DNA of 64,000 nucleotides, taken from Cyanophora paradoxa CCMP329. Its lineage: Eukaryota; Plantae; Glaucophyta. Positions 12,861 to 24,314 of the stretch are shown here, piece by piece. The stretch lies in the NCBI GenBank assembly GCA_004431415.1, contig QPMI01000429.1, positions 138,054-202,053 of the forward strand, written 5' to 3'. A program made the translations under genes and the position numbers. The notes beneath the pieces were generated by a model that saw only the letters and a program-made list of their open reading frames with translations, made no database searches and was not told the DNA's origin. Numbering within the stretch: position 1 is the stretch's first letter; the number at the start of each line of letters is the position of its first letter.

Positions 12861-13334
12861 TCCCACCTGTCTTTCCTCCCGCTCTCCTGCCCGCCGCCGC
12901 CCTCGCCTGCCCGCCAGCCTGCTGCCGCCGCCCACCTCGCCACCCCATCCGTCCGCCCCGCCACTGGGCCACCCCACCCGCCCGCCTCGCCACCCCGCCC
13001 GCCTCTCCCGCCCGCCTGCCTTGCTCTCTGCCCCCCCCCCCCCCCCCCGTACCCTGGAATGTGTAGAAGTACCCCCCCTTGCACCTCCGCGCGCGGCCCG
13101 CACTTGCTGCTCTTGCACTGGGCCGGGCGCGGTCTGCTAGTATGAGGAAGGAGAGGGAGTGGGCGGAGGCAGCAGCTTGGGGTGGGCAGCGGATGCGGGG
13201 CAAGGCAGGGAGAGGTCCCGGGACGGCAGAGTGGAGAGAGCGCGCGTGGGCACTGACAGGCGGCGCAGAGAGCTGGGAGTGCGGAGGCGAGGCGGGCCGC
13301 GAGGGGTCGGGAGGGGTCGACCGGGTTATAGGGG

Positions 13335-13425
13335 GGGGCCGAGGCCAGGGAGGTGGCCGAAGCCATGGGGTTGGCCGAAGCCAGGGGGGTGGCCGAAGCC
13401 GATGGGGTGGCCGAAGCCAAAGGGG
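13335..13425. repeat. 18-bp minisatellite (ggggtggccgaagcc-nnn)
   Basis: Five degenerate copies of ggccgaagcc at 18-bp spacing. Confidence 0.7.
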
Positions 13426-16400
13426 GGGCCGGGGCCATCATGATCAGCTGCAGGGCGGGCGGGGCATTTTCCCCGTCTGGCGTCGGAGTGGGCCTAGGCC
13501 TGGAGGGCAGCTGCAGAGGCGAACCGAGTGCCGCAGGTGCAAGAGAAGTCAGAGGTCCCGGCGGCGGGTCCTGCATATGCATCGATATCGCGATCGGGCG
13601 GCTGGGGGGAGTGGGGGGCCTGGCCTCGGGGCGACGGGGCGACGGGGAGTCGTGCAATTGCTTGGCGGAAGTTTTCCAAGAGAATCCATGGTTGGCCTTC
13701 CGAGCCCGATTCGCAGCAGAAGTCGGTGATGGAGATGGTATCATGGAGGGAGGGGGCGGGGGGAGGCCTAGCCGCCGCCTAGGGCGGGGGGGAGGGGGGG
13801 GGACCAGGCGGCTGCACTAGAGGCGAGCGGGAGGGTTTGGAGTCTGCATGTTTGCGGTACCGACGTTTAATTGGTTCTGTCAGTGATGCCGTGTCGGAGC
13901 TCCTAGGCGTGGTTGCGGGCGCAGCGGTCTCTCCAGATCGCACCGATTCGCACGTGCACGGACAGAATTCGAACGGGAAAAAAGCGATTGAATTCGAAGA
14001 TCCGGCAAATTAAATAAGAATTCGAAGTTGAGATTCATGATCACTTAAGCTTGCCATGCAAGTTGAGATCTAGAACCAGTGGTGTCATATAATACGATTA
14101 TAATTATGTGATTTGTGGTAGCTACTAGGCTATACTAGTAGTCTGCTGTATCTTGATCTTGAATTGATATGTGATTTGTTACCTTTAGGGCCCAGCCTAG
14201 TACCGTAGTAGTACGGGGGCGTTCGAATTCGCCCCACCGTGCGTTACGGTAGTCTCTCAAAACAAATTCGGTAACGTTAACGTTAATATTAATTATAACC
14301 GTTGAACGGTAATTCGGCTATAGCTCTATGGGGTTCGAATTCACTTTTTTTGCGGTACGTGGTACTATGTTGGTAGTAAGAAGGTACCTCATTCGCCCGC
14401 TTGGCCCCCCTGCAACTGGTACTGAGCCCCTAATAGGCTAGTAGTAGTCTAGTATAGGGTACTAGTACGGTAGTAGTACCGGTAGCCCGTAGCAGCGTGC
14501 TCGGGATCCGCGCTCGCGGCGCGCCGCATCATCATGTGCGCACTGCGCACGGCACTGCGGCACTGCGGCCGCGGGCATTCCCGGAGTCGGCGACGCCCTG
14601 CCATTCCAGGAATATCTAGATCTCCAGCTGCATGCGCAGCAGCGCAGGCCTGAGGTACCGGGCAATTTCGAATTGCAGCCAGCCTGGCCAGAGAGTCTGC
14701 AGCTGCAGGCTGCAGCTTGCACCAGCCAGCAGCGCTAGCATCAGTCGCCTAGGCCTACCGTACGCGTATACGTAATACGGCGCTGGAGACATTCCGATGG
14801 GCGTCTCTCACAGCCAGCTTTCAGTTTTCGGTAGGAATGACACCGTTATCGCGACAAAGTTGTCCGAGAAGGAGGAGCTCACCGCGGCAGAGCTGGGCGA
14901 TCCCTGCGCGTGAGTGCTGCAGCTGACGCAGCGTTGATACATAAATATCAACATTTACGTGCATATGCATATGTGCTCAGCGTCTGGATCCACCGCGCAT
15001 GCGCAGGACGTACCCAGGGGCTCGATACTATGCCGTGAACACGAAATGCTACGATTCGGATGGAAAATTGAAAGGGGGTTCCTGTTCGGCAAGTTCTCTT
15101 TTTGATTGACGTTTATATTAATCATGATATCGATAGATATATATTTATATATCATGAGCATGAAAGCTTAAGCCTTGATCATGAAAGATCTCGAACTTGT
15201 ATGCGCAGTTCTCACGATTTCCAAACAGAACTGGAGCTCAAAGACATACTGTGGCGAGAGGAGCATCAAGTTTGCTACTTCTGACGTTTTCACTTCCCTT
15301 TCTGGTTGTGGTGCGCGCGGCCCGATGCTGTGTTCGGGGTTGAATACGTTTGCGGTAAAAATTGCATACATATGCATGCTGCTGACTGCGAATCCGGGAC
15401 TCGTTGATGATATTACAGAGAATGGTGCACAACCTTCAGGGTCCTACAAGCTGTGGGACGTCGACGGGAAGGAGTCGACTTCTCTGAATCTGCTTTTCGG
15501 CAAGACGGATGCCGAGAAGTTATGGTTCCCAGATGCTCAGCAGAGCCTGTACATCACCACCCGCGAGTACGAATGCAAATCGAATGCTCCTTACTCAGCG
15601 AACACGTGCAAGAATGGAACGACGACCGAGAAGGGAATCATCCAGAAATGCGTGCCTTACGAAGGGTGAAAACTTATGCCCCCCCGGGCCCAGGCTCTCG
15701 GGATCTGCACCCACCGAGGCACGCAATTCTGATCTTGTCTGAACAGGCATGCTGTTGGAAGATGGATGCTGGGATACGAACAGGAAGACTCCGTGGAGCC
15801 CAGCATTCAACTTTCTCGCTTTATCGACTGGCCGCCCGAGAAAGGCCTCCACACAGTAAGCGAAAGGGCATCTGTGTGCCGGTTCAGCAACGCCAAATAT
15901 TATGACAACGAAGAAGGGGTCAGAACGGAGTGGTGCGCGTCCGGACCCCCAGCCCATGTCTCTGTGCTCTTCCAAGTTCGCTTTAATTGCCCGAGAGCTC
16001 AAGCTCTAGTTGATTATTAATTGACACGGTGACATGATCGCGCATATGCCGTGCGTCGTACGGATACGCATTCATCAGCGTTGCATCGTGCGTACGCGTC
16101 TGATATATATAGCTGGCTTATATTATGAAAACATTTTCATCATCGATATCATTTGCCCACGCAACGCTTGCAGATGTTATGGAGCGAGGGAAGTGGACAA
16201 CTGCTGGGGTTGCGCGGATGTCTGTAATGCGTACATCGCAAGGGTGAGTAATTTTCCGGGATCGCATCGATATCGCTGCAGCTGCATATACATTGGGAAC
16301 AGAGCGGAAACAGACACCTGCGGAAAATACATCTTTACTTATAACAAGGGGTGATTGTCCTAGCTATTAAACTACGTATACTAGGCTACAACAGGGCCGA

Positions 16401-17610
16401 GAATGTCTCTGAAATTCAACCGCTTTAATTTAAGTTCACATGGGGTGATTATCTTTGACTTCGAAATCCACTAAGTGCACGCGTACAGGGCTGGCGTTAT
16501 CAAATGAGTGATTTCGAGCAATGCATTCAAGGGCTCCAAATTGACACGGATACCAACGTGGTCGTGCGCCGGCGCCACTTTTTTGCGCGCCTTGTGTCTT
16601 CCGATTCTGCTCATTCTATTGGATGTGCGCATGCGCAGGATTCAGAGGACATGTGCACGTGCGCCGCTGCAGCTGACGACTTCGAGCTCGAGCTCGAGCT
16701 CGCCGACGCCTCTCTCGCCGCGTATCTCGCAGCCGCCGCTGACATCGATGCTGCGGTTATGGCCTGATCATGACTTGAGATCATGAGCATGATCATGAGA
16801 AGCCTTTGAAGTGAGGCCTCGCTATATATATATATATAGACACGTATACGTATACGTATCATATGCATAGTATACATGTACAGGCTTGTGCGTTTTTATA
16901 TTTTTACGTACGAGGCCCTACCCCGCCCCTCCACTCCCCCCGGCGCGAAAATTGAAAGGTGATGGGGCCGGGCCTTCAGTTTTCCGCTGATCATGACCGT
17001 CGGACTCAGTGAGATCACCACGTATACGTAGCAGTACATGTATATATAGCCCGTTCACACAGTACTTATAACTAGGGGCCCGGCCGCGTTTGGCGCGCCG
17101 GGGGTGCAAGGGGGGAACCGGGATCTAATGAAAGAGTCGTAGTGGCACGGACATGCACGGGGCAGATCTAGATCGACCCCGGCCCAGCGCGCGCGGCAGG
17201 TTGAAGTGTAAAGGTACACACAGAGTATATGTGATTGAAAAAATAAGAAAAGGCCCGATAAGCAGACGCTGCGATCGAACCGCTGCCCACCGAAGTGGGA
17301 GGCCACGACTCGTAAAGAAAAGCCTCAATGAAAGGCCGGCCAGATTCAGGGCACTGTATACGTATATGAAAGATTGTTCTGGAGCGAAAAAACGCTGCGC
17401 ATCAACTGTGTTCGCACGGCCTACCGCTAACCCTGAACATGTACAGCTGGCTAAAAGATGATGGTGCTGTCTGCAGAGGGCTCGCCGTAAACATAGGCAA
17501 TCCAGGCCTAGGCCTTCTGGCGGAAGTCGGGGCGGAAGTCGACCATGGGGGTGAGCGGCAGCCAGCGGCGCCGGTCCTAGGCCTGAAGAGAGCCGTCTTG
17601 CGAGAGCATG

Positions 17611-19402
17611 CACTAGTAAAAGGGGGGTCGCCGGAGCCTGTTTCAGCCTGATTAATATCAGGCTAGCCTGATTCGAAAACAGGCTGGAATCAGGCTGGGC
17701 CGCCAGCCTGAATCCAGCCTGATTGCCAAACAGGCTAGCCTGATTAGCTATCAGGCTAGCCTGATTTCTTTACAGGCCGGACTCCAGCCTGCACCCAAGC
17801 CTAATTCGAATAGCTATCAGGCTGGAGTCGGCTGGTCAGGCTGAATCAGGCTGAGCGCGCCAGCACACATAGAAGCATCGGAACTCGCACTCTTAATATG
17901 ATAAGCACTAGTACTAGTACTACGTATACGGTACTGTTCTACATCTAAACATGCAGACGGAATTGAAAAGCGGCAAAAGGGCAGTGGTTCTCCAGGAGAT
18001 ATTGCGGATCCGGGCCCGCGCTCCTCGCAGGCCGCGGCGCCGGACGCCGCGCTCGGCATGTGGATGTGCCGTGCGGTGTCGCGCACGGGGAGCCGCGCGG
18101 AGCTGCCCGCGGCCGCCGCCGGGCCGAGACGCCCGTCCTAGGAGATAATGTCAGAATAAGGTCAGACGATGGGTGTTCGGATGGGGGCGATCTGAAGGCG
18201 CGCAGCAGCGCGTATTGAAGAGTTATTTAAGATCATGTATAAAGCTTAAGAGCGGCGCCGTGGCCTGGCAAGCGCGCACCAAAAAAGCGCGGCACTCCGC
18301 TGCAGCTTCGCGTGGAGAGCTCGCCAGGGAAATCTGGACAAGCAGAACTCGAGGTTAGATGCAGACTAGTGCGAGGAAGAAGAGAGAGCGACCGCAGCAG
18401 CGATTCCCGTGGCCCAGCGGCCCGGCAGCGCTCCCAGGAAGTCGATTCTAAAAGTGAGCTGCCGGGCCCTATACTAGGATAATTTAACTCGTATTGAAGC
18501 CCTTTATAAGCCTACGTGGTCGGCCGAAAGTTGATTCTCCCCCCCCCCCTAAGGTCTCCGCGGACCTGGCCATGGGCGAGCTCGGCGACGGGATGGTCGT
18601 ACTGGCAAGGAAGCCGCCGGCTCCCGCGCGGCCGTTCCGCGAGCATCATGAAGGTACGCGCTCCTCCCGGCCGGCCGCTCGCCGGCGCCCGATCCCGGCC
18701 GAGGCCCGCTCGCCCTTGCTGACTCGCGGTTCCAGATCTTTGCCTGCTTCGAGGCGTGCAGCCCCGCGCGACTTCGCCTCGCGATCCTCGATGAAGGTAC
18801 GCGCTCCTCCCGGCCGGCCGCTCGCCGGCGCCCGATCCCGGCCGAGGCCCGCTCGCCCTTGCTGACTCGCGGCCCCAGATCTCGCATGCGGGCGACTGGC
18901 AGCACAAGCTGCGACGCTCGATGTGGATGCGCATTGGCGACCGCCGCCCTCCAGCGCTCCCTTGCTCCCCCGGCGCTACGGGCAGGAGCGCTGCGACCGC
19001 TGACGAGGACCGCTGCGACCGGTTTAGTTTCAGTTATTGAATGTTTATAGTGCGTTCTCGAATGTTTTAGATGTACGTAGAACAGTGCTTCTCGTATGTG
19101 CAATGCGAGTTCCGATGCTTCTACGTGTGCTGGCGCGGTGCTGGGGGCGGGGCGGGGGTAGCAAGCCTGATCCAGCCTGAAATAAGCCTGATTCGAGCCT
19201 GATGTTCAAGCCTGTTTGAAGCCTGATTTAAGCCTCATTCAGCCTGATCCAAGCCTGATTCAAGCCTGTTTCAGCCTGTTTCAAATCAGGCTTAGTCCTC
19301 CGAAATTAGGCTGAGCCTGTTTCGCCCAGCCTGTCTCAGCCTTATTTAAGCCTGATATTAATCAGGCTGAAACAGGCTCCGGCGACCCCCCTTTTACTAG
19401 TG
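17611..19402. mobile_element. Non-autonomous CACTA (EnSpm/CMC) DNA transposon
   Basis: Termini CACTAGTAAAAGGGGGGTCGCCGGAGCCTGTTTCAGCCTGATTAATATCAGGCT and its reverse complement ending TAGTG. 3-bp TSD ATG at 17608-17610 and 19403-19405. Dense subterminal AGCCTG/CAGGCT repeats; no transposase ORF. Confidence 0.93.
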
Positions 19403-19565
19403 ATGGTGAGGCGGCCCGCCGCCTCGAGCGCCCGCAGAGCCACGCGGCTGGCGCGCCGCTCGCTCCCGCCGCGCACAAGCCGCACGTCGAGCGCAGCACG
19501 CGACAAGACCGCCCGGCCCGGCCGTCGTGCTCGCCTGCGGGCAGTGGCGCGCGCGATTCTGCGGT

Positions 19566-21054
19566 ACTAGGTCTTCGACTCGCCCCCACCCCCGCTCGTC
19601 TCAGGAGGTGCAAGGTGGGGTCTAAATTAAAGAATTGGAAGGGGCGCTGACAGAATACAACAACTAAGTAATGCTCAGCGGCCGCCCACCTCCGCCCCGC
19701 CCGGCGAGCCGCACCGCCGCCCGCACCTCCGCCCCGCGCGCCGGTGCCCGGAGAGGCTGGGAGAGCTGCGCATGCGCCTCCGCCCGCCTTCGCCCCGCGC
19801 GGCGAGCCGCGCTGCTGCCCACCGCGCCCCCGTCCCGCCTGCCGAACCGCGCCGCCGCCTGCCGCGCGGCGCGCGGCGCCTCCACCCGGCTCCGCCGGCT
19901 GAGCTGAGCTGCCACGCGCGCGTCGCGCCTCCGAGGCTCCGTCCCGCTTGGCGAGCCGCGCCGACCGCTGCCCGACCGCCCCGCCCGTCATATGCATGGC
20001 GCCGCTGCGCACTCCCGCGTGCCGCGCCTGGGCCGGGTTAGCCGAGCAGCGGAGGGCGAAATGTCCAGCTAGGGCCGTCGGACACGGGAGCTCGAGGCGG
20101 TGGCGCGCGCGGCCCCGGCGGCTCGCGCGCCGGCAGAGCGGAGCGCGCGCGCGCGCGGCGCGACGCCCCGGCCGCGCGCGCGCGGATGCGCGGCGGGCGG
20201 CGGCGCGATTATATATATATATGCTTAGCTGCGCTCTGCAAGCAGTGCATGCTGCCGGCGCCTGCCGCAGTGCAGCCTGGCAGTGCAGCTGCAGGCTGGC
20301 ACATCGCGGTTGCGTGGGCGGCAAGTCGTCGGCGGCGGCAAGGAGCCTTGCGCGGGATACAGCAAAAAGAGACGTCCGGCGGCGCCGGCCTTATCCTCAG
20401 GGGGGTACCACAAAAAGACTTATCGCCGACGGGAAAAAGACCGACTTGCGAACTGGCCGACTTGGACAGCGTGACAGACAATCCGACGGGTAGCAAGGGG
20501 GGTTTGAGCAGCTGACCCCCCCTTGCAATAAGCTCGATGTCGGCGGCTTGCTGACCGCAGCAACAGACTACGGTCTGGACGGCCTGACGTGCCCGGCTGC
20601 GATCAGCGGCGCAGGCAGCGGGCGGCGCAAGCGGTTTTTGCGGTTTCACCCTCGAAAACCAGTACGCGTACCGTGCGGCGTACGCGGCGCAGTGCGAGGA
20701 AGCCGAAATCTAGAGGAGACAGCTAGAGAGAAGTGCATGCCATGCAAAACCGCCGCGTGACGCACTGCGGCAGCGCACCGCCGCGCGAACGAGAGCCCAC
20801 ATCTAGAGGAGTGATCATGAGCGCGAAGTTGGTTTTCCCCTCGAAAACCAGTTTTCGCGAGAACGCTGACCGGTCCACCGAGCCAATCGGAACGCGAATA
20901 AGCCCCTTTTTTTCCCGCGTTGCATACTGGACCTCGAAAACGGCCTCATAGAAAATTTTTGGCTGAAGCGAGGGAACGGGGAGCAAGGGGGGAAGACCTT
21001 CGGTCTTCTTTCCCCCCTTGCAATATAGCCCGTTCACACAATACTTATAACTAG
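19566..21054 (-). mobile_element. Unclassified CTAG-ended repeat element, copy B
   Basis: Inverted homologue of 940-2230, with CTAG at 19567-19570 and 21051-21054. Its terminal 31 bp (tatagcccgttcacaca-tacttataactag) also occur at 17045-17075. Confidence 0.55.
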
Positions 21055-21211
21055 TATTTTATCCACCCTGAAAATGAACTCGAACATGATATTGCAGTCC
21101 AAGTAAAACGGTAATTCATAATCTCAGGCGCGAGGAGGGGCGCTGAGCGGGAAGAAAGGGTATCGCTCGGGAAGCTTGGAGTCACAGGGGTACGTATACT
21201 CGACGCGGATC

Positions 21212-22075
21212 GCTCGCTGGGTGGCCAACCCCACCAATTGCGCGACCTTCCCCACTACCATTCTCAGTAAGCCCATTATCCATTTTCAAATTTCTCAGTA
21301 AGGCTCAGTAACAAATTATAAATTAGCACTGTATTTTTCAAACATCTAACCTCTCCTTACTGAAACCAATCACGAAACCCTTTCATTCTTCATTTTTCTA
21401 ATTCCTTACCATTCCCAGTAAGCCCTTTAACTTTCCCCCGATCTCTCAGTAAGGACAGTAAGACCCCTATTTTAATGAAATGTTCCCGATCGTTTCCGGA
21501 CTGTTTTCAGTTAGCCAAATTGAAAAATCAAGGTGAGCCCCACCAATTAAACAAGTGATCCCCACTTAAAGACTTCCCGTTAATATACTGTAACAATGGC
21601 AAGCAATCAAGTAAATCTACCTGAGAGTAAGCAATGCAATGTTTGTGACAAGGTAAAACCGGCATCAAGTTATGAATTGAAAAAGAGTAGCTCAGGGAAT
21701 AAAACATTGTCGTGGAGATGCAAAGACTGTGATCGAGAGTATCACAATTACCTTTATCATTTCGTGTTAAAAACGCGTCCGAAGATCGAAGTACAATCGA
21801 AGGTATGCTCGCACTGCAAGATTGAAAAGCCTGCAAGCGAGTATAATAAAAAACAAAGCACAAAGGATGGTCTCTACTATCAATGCCGAGAATGTTATAG
21901 TAAAACTCGTAAGAGTTAAAACCGAATTGCACTTTATCTATTCTTTTTAAAGCAAGTTTGTGCATGAGCAAGCATGCCGAAAATGCCCACCTGCACAAAC
22001 TCGCGAATTCAATCGAAATGTTCCATTTAATGCACTGGAACCACTCGCGCCCCGCCCACTATGCAAGATACATGC
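21212..22075 (+). repeat. Left terminal inverted repeat of the PLV
   Basis: Reverse complement of 44562-45423; the differences I found are one substitution near the tip and 1-bp homopolymer indels. Confidence 0.95.
21596..21919 (+). CDS. TIR-encoded tandem zinc-ribbon protein (two CxxC..CxxC units)
   Basis: KQCNVCDKVKPASSY...CKDC and KVCSHCKIEKPASEY...DGLYYQCREC, a K-x-C-x2-C-x3-K...DG..C-x2-C motif common in viral DNA-binding and HNH-associated proteins. Confidence 0.75.
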   Translation: MASNQVNLPESKQCNVCDKVKPASSYELKKSSSGNKTLSWRCKDCDREYHNYLYHFVLKTRPKIEVQSKVCSHCKIEKPASEYNKKQSTKDGLYYQCRECYSKTRKS

Positions 22076-22125
22076 AAACTACATGCGAGATACATATATA
22101 AATTGTTTTTCTCTTCCTATAATAA

Positions 22126-22933
22126 ATGAAGACTCACTTTTACCATAAATATACCGGCAACAAGTATAATGAAATGGATACGATCTATCAATATATCGAT
22201 TTAGAAGGAATTAATAAAGTTATAGAACCGTTTTGTGGTTCAGGTGCTTGTAGTTTCTATCTTTGGGAAAAGCATAAAGACCGGTTTGATTATTATATGA
22301 ATGATAACGACGAAACCCATACCCTTTTTTGAATACAATGAAAGACCCAGACAATAAAGTTAAACTCTTAGAGAGTCTTAAACAGTTCGAAGCAGTAAGC
22401 AATATAGAAGAGCATAAAGAAGTCTATAAGAAGTTTCTACAACATGATCGTAAGGATGCAATGGATTACTTAGCTCACCATTTCTATCTTCTTAAAAACA
22501 GCGTTTTAAATGTTAAAACCCTCCGTGATTTCAAAAAACGAAACGTGAAGGTGAGTCCATATACAACTCTTAAAAAGAAGATGCCTTACGATGATTTCAT
22601 AAAAGGAGTCAACCTATCCCATGGGGATTTTCGCGATATTGTAGCCAAATATAGAGATGACGAAGCGGCTTTATATTTCTCGATCCTCCATACGTAAACA
22701 GCAATAATGACTTTTACGAAAATGTAGAATTCGATTTAGAAACCTTCTTTTTGGATTTGGAAGACCTATTTAAGACAGCGAAATGCAAGGTTATGATGGT
22801 TGTAAATGATGCTCTTTTAATGAAACTCCTATTTAAACCCTATATTCGCCATACGTATGGCAAAGTGTATGGTATAACAAAACGAAAAAGGAACCATATC
22901 ATAATGACTAACTATGAACTTGGTGAAAAATAA
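22126..22933 (+). CDS. Dam-like (D12 class) N6-adenine DNA methyltransferase with two apparent frameshifts
   Basis: YTGNK, SAM-binding IEPFCGSG, YMND, GDFRDI, and catalytic DPPY (gatcctccatac at ~22682) reached by a 1-nt shift; C-terminal IIMTNY. Split over ORFs 22126-22332, 22329-22697 and 22751-22933. Confidence 0.88.
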
Positions 22934-23212
22934 CGACTCAGTCGTATATATATCTTGTATATATATATAAACCTCCGTGTGTGTGATCCCGCACAACTAT
23001 GAATTTTTTGTTTTGTTTTTGTTTTTTTCGCATATGACGACATATACATATATATACCGGCGTCACCGACAAATTCAGGGTCATCACATCGCGGCGATTC
23101 CGAAAACATATAGCATGCCACAAAGTAGTTTTTTATGTGTTTTTCGATCGATCGACCAATCGCGGATGTGAGCGTAACTGACTGTTTTATTTTATTTAAT
23201 TTATCATTCATG

Positions 23213-23309
23213 GGTGACAGGGGGGATACCGGTTAAGGTGACAGAACGTGACAGGGGGGATACCGGTTAAGGTGACAGAACGTGACAGGGGGGATACCGT
23301 AAAGGTGGC
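23213..23309. repeat. Tandem ~34-35-bp repeat, about 3 copies, in the PLV non-coding region
   Basis: Unit gtgacaggggggataccggttaaggtgacagaac repeated head to tail. Confidence 0.85.
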
Positions 23310-23448
23310 ATTTTGTGGACATTTGTGGACATCGGGGCTACCGGGTTTGTGGTCATTTTGTGGACAAATTGCGAACATAAACTTGAATGCATATGTGTAT
23401 ATGACTGACCAGCCGCTGAGCGACTGACCGGCTTGCAAGTTGCAATTT

Positions 23449-23514
23449 CCCGAGTTCCGAGTCCCGGAGTCCCGACTCCCGAGTCTCGACTCCCGAGTCC
23501 CGAGTCCCGACTCG
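23449..23514. repeat. GAGTC/GACTC heptamer-like array
   Basis: ccgagttccgagtcccggagtcccgactcccgagtctcgactcccgagtcccgagtcccgactcg, read directly. Confidence 0.8.
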
Positions 23515-23896
23515 ATAACACCGCGATCGCGACTTCGCGGAGACCCCCCTTCCGTTTTTCCCGCATAACTTTGGACTGGAAGCCGATCTCGGCGCGCTCT
23601 CAATTGCTACGTGCTCGTAACTTGCTTCCGGGCATGATGGTGCTAGTTTGACTAGCTTAGTCGCCGGGCGCGCGAAACCCCAGTTCGCCAACGGCACAAG
23701 TGCCCGAAAACCGAGGTGTCCGCTACATTCTGAGCGCCGGCGCGCGTTCCCGGAGGGCTGCACTAGTCAAACTTTGCATCCGTGTTCGTATAGAGTAGTT
23801 CTACACTACTACGAAGTGGCGCGATCTGATTCGCAAAGGGCGTGATTTGGCGGCTACGAAACCACATAGCTCACAAAAATATCGACTTAAATAATA

Positions 23897-24289
23897 ATGG
23901 ATTCCCGATACCGCGGCTACCACGTAATGCTTGACTATATAACCGACCCGTTCACCGAGTCCCCGGAGGCATGCGCCGAGTGGATCACAGCGAACCTATC
24001 GCAATATATAACAGATCGCAAGATGCGCATCGTGCACCAGCACACCTGCATTTTCGACGGCTCTAATTCCCCTCCCGGTTTCGCGATTGGCTTTCTATTG
24101 GATGAGTCGCATGCGACGGCTCACTCTTATAGCGACCAGGGGCTATTAGCGATCGATATCTTTACATGCGGCTCAAATGCCGAAGCGAAGACAATGGGTA
24201 TAGCACGGGACATTAACGAACTCATACAAGAAAGGCTGAAAGTTCGAAAGTGGGACTTACAGGTCGAGCAAAGGTTCCCAATTTCATAA
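23897..24289 (+). CDS. speD: Prokaryote-type (class 1B) S-adenosylmethionine decarboxylase proenzyme homologue, pyruvoyl-dependent
   Basis: 130 aa; G-x-H at the N-terminus (GYHVMLD), self-cleavage motif LLDE/SH, then HSY-x-D-x-G, AIDIFTCG and a C-terminal R. The ORF is intact. Substrate is not established. Confidence 0.9.
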   Translation: MDSRYRGYHVMLDYITDPFTESPEACAEWITANLSQYITDRKMRIVHQHTCIFDGSNSPPGFAIGFLLDESHATAHSYSDQGLLAIDIFTCGSNAEAKTMGIARDINELIQERLKVRKWDLQVEQRFPIS

Positions 24290-24314
24290 AAAATGAAAAA
24301 AGCGACATATACAT

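Noticed and set aside
17630-17860. AGCCTG/CAGGCT repeats as a CRISPR or satellite
   Set aside because: Explained as subterminal repeats of the CACTA element, mirrored at 19165-19380.
21206-21211. GATC in the TSD as evidence of Dam-guided targeting
   Set aside because: A single site; GATC is common, and the methyltransferase specificity is unknown.
21528-21998. Antisense ORF in the TIR and other short antisense ORFs within viral genes
   Set aside because: They overlap better-supported genes on the opposite strand and have no motifs.
23213-23309. 34-35-bp repeats as a CRISPR array
   Set aside because: Units are head to tail with no unique spacers, and no cas genes are present.
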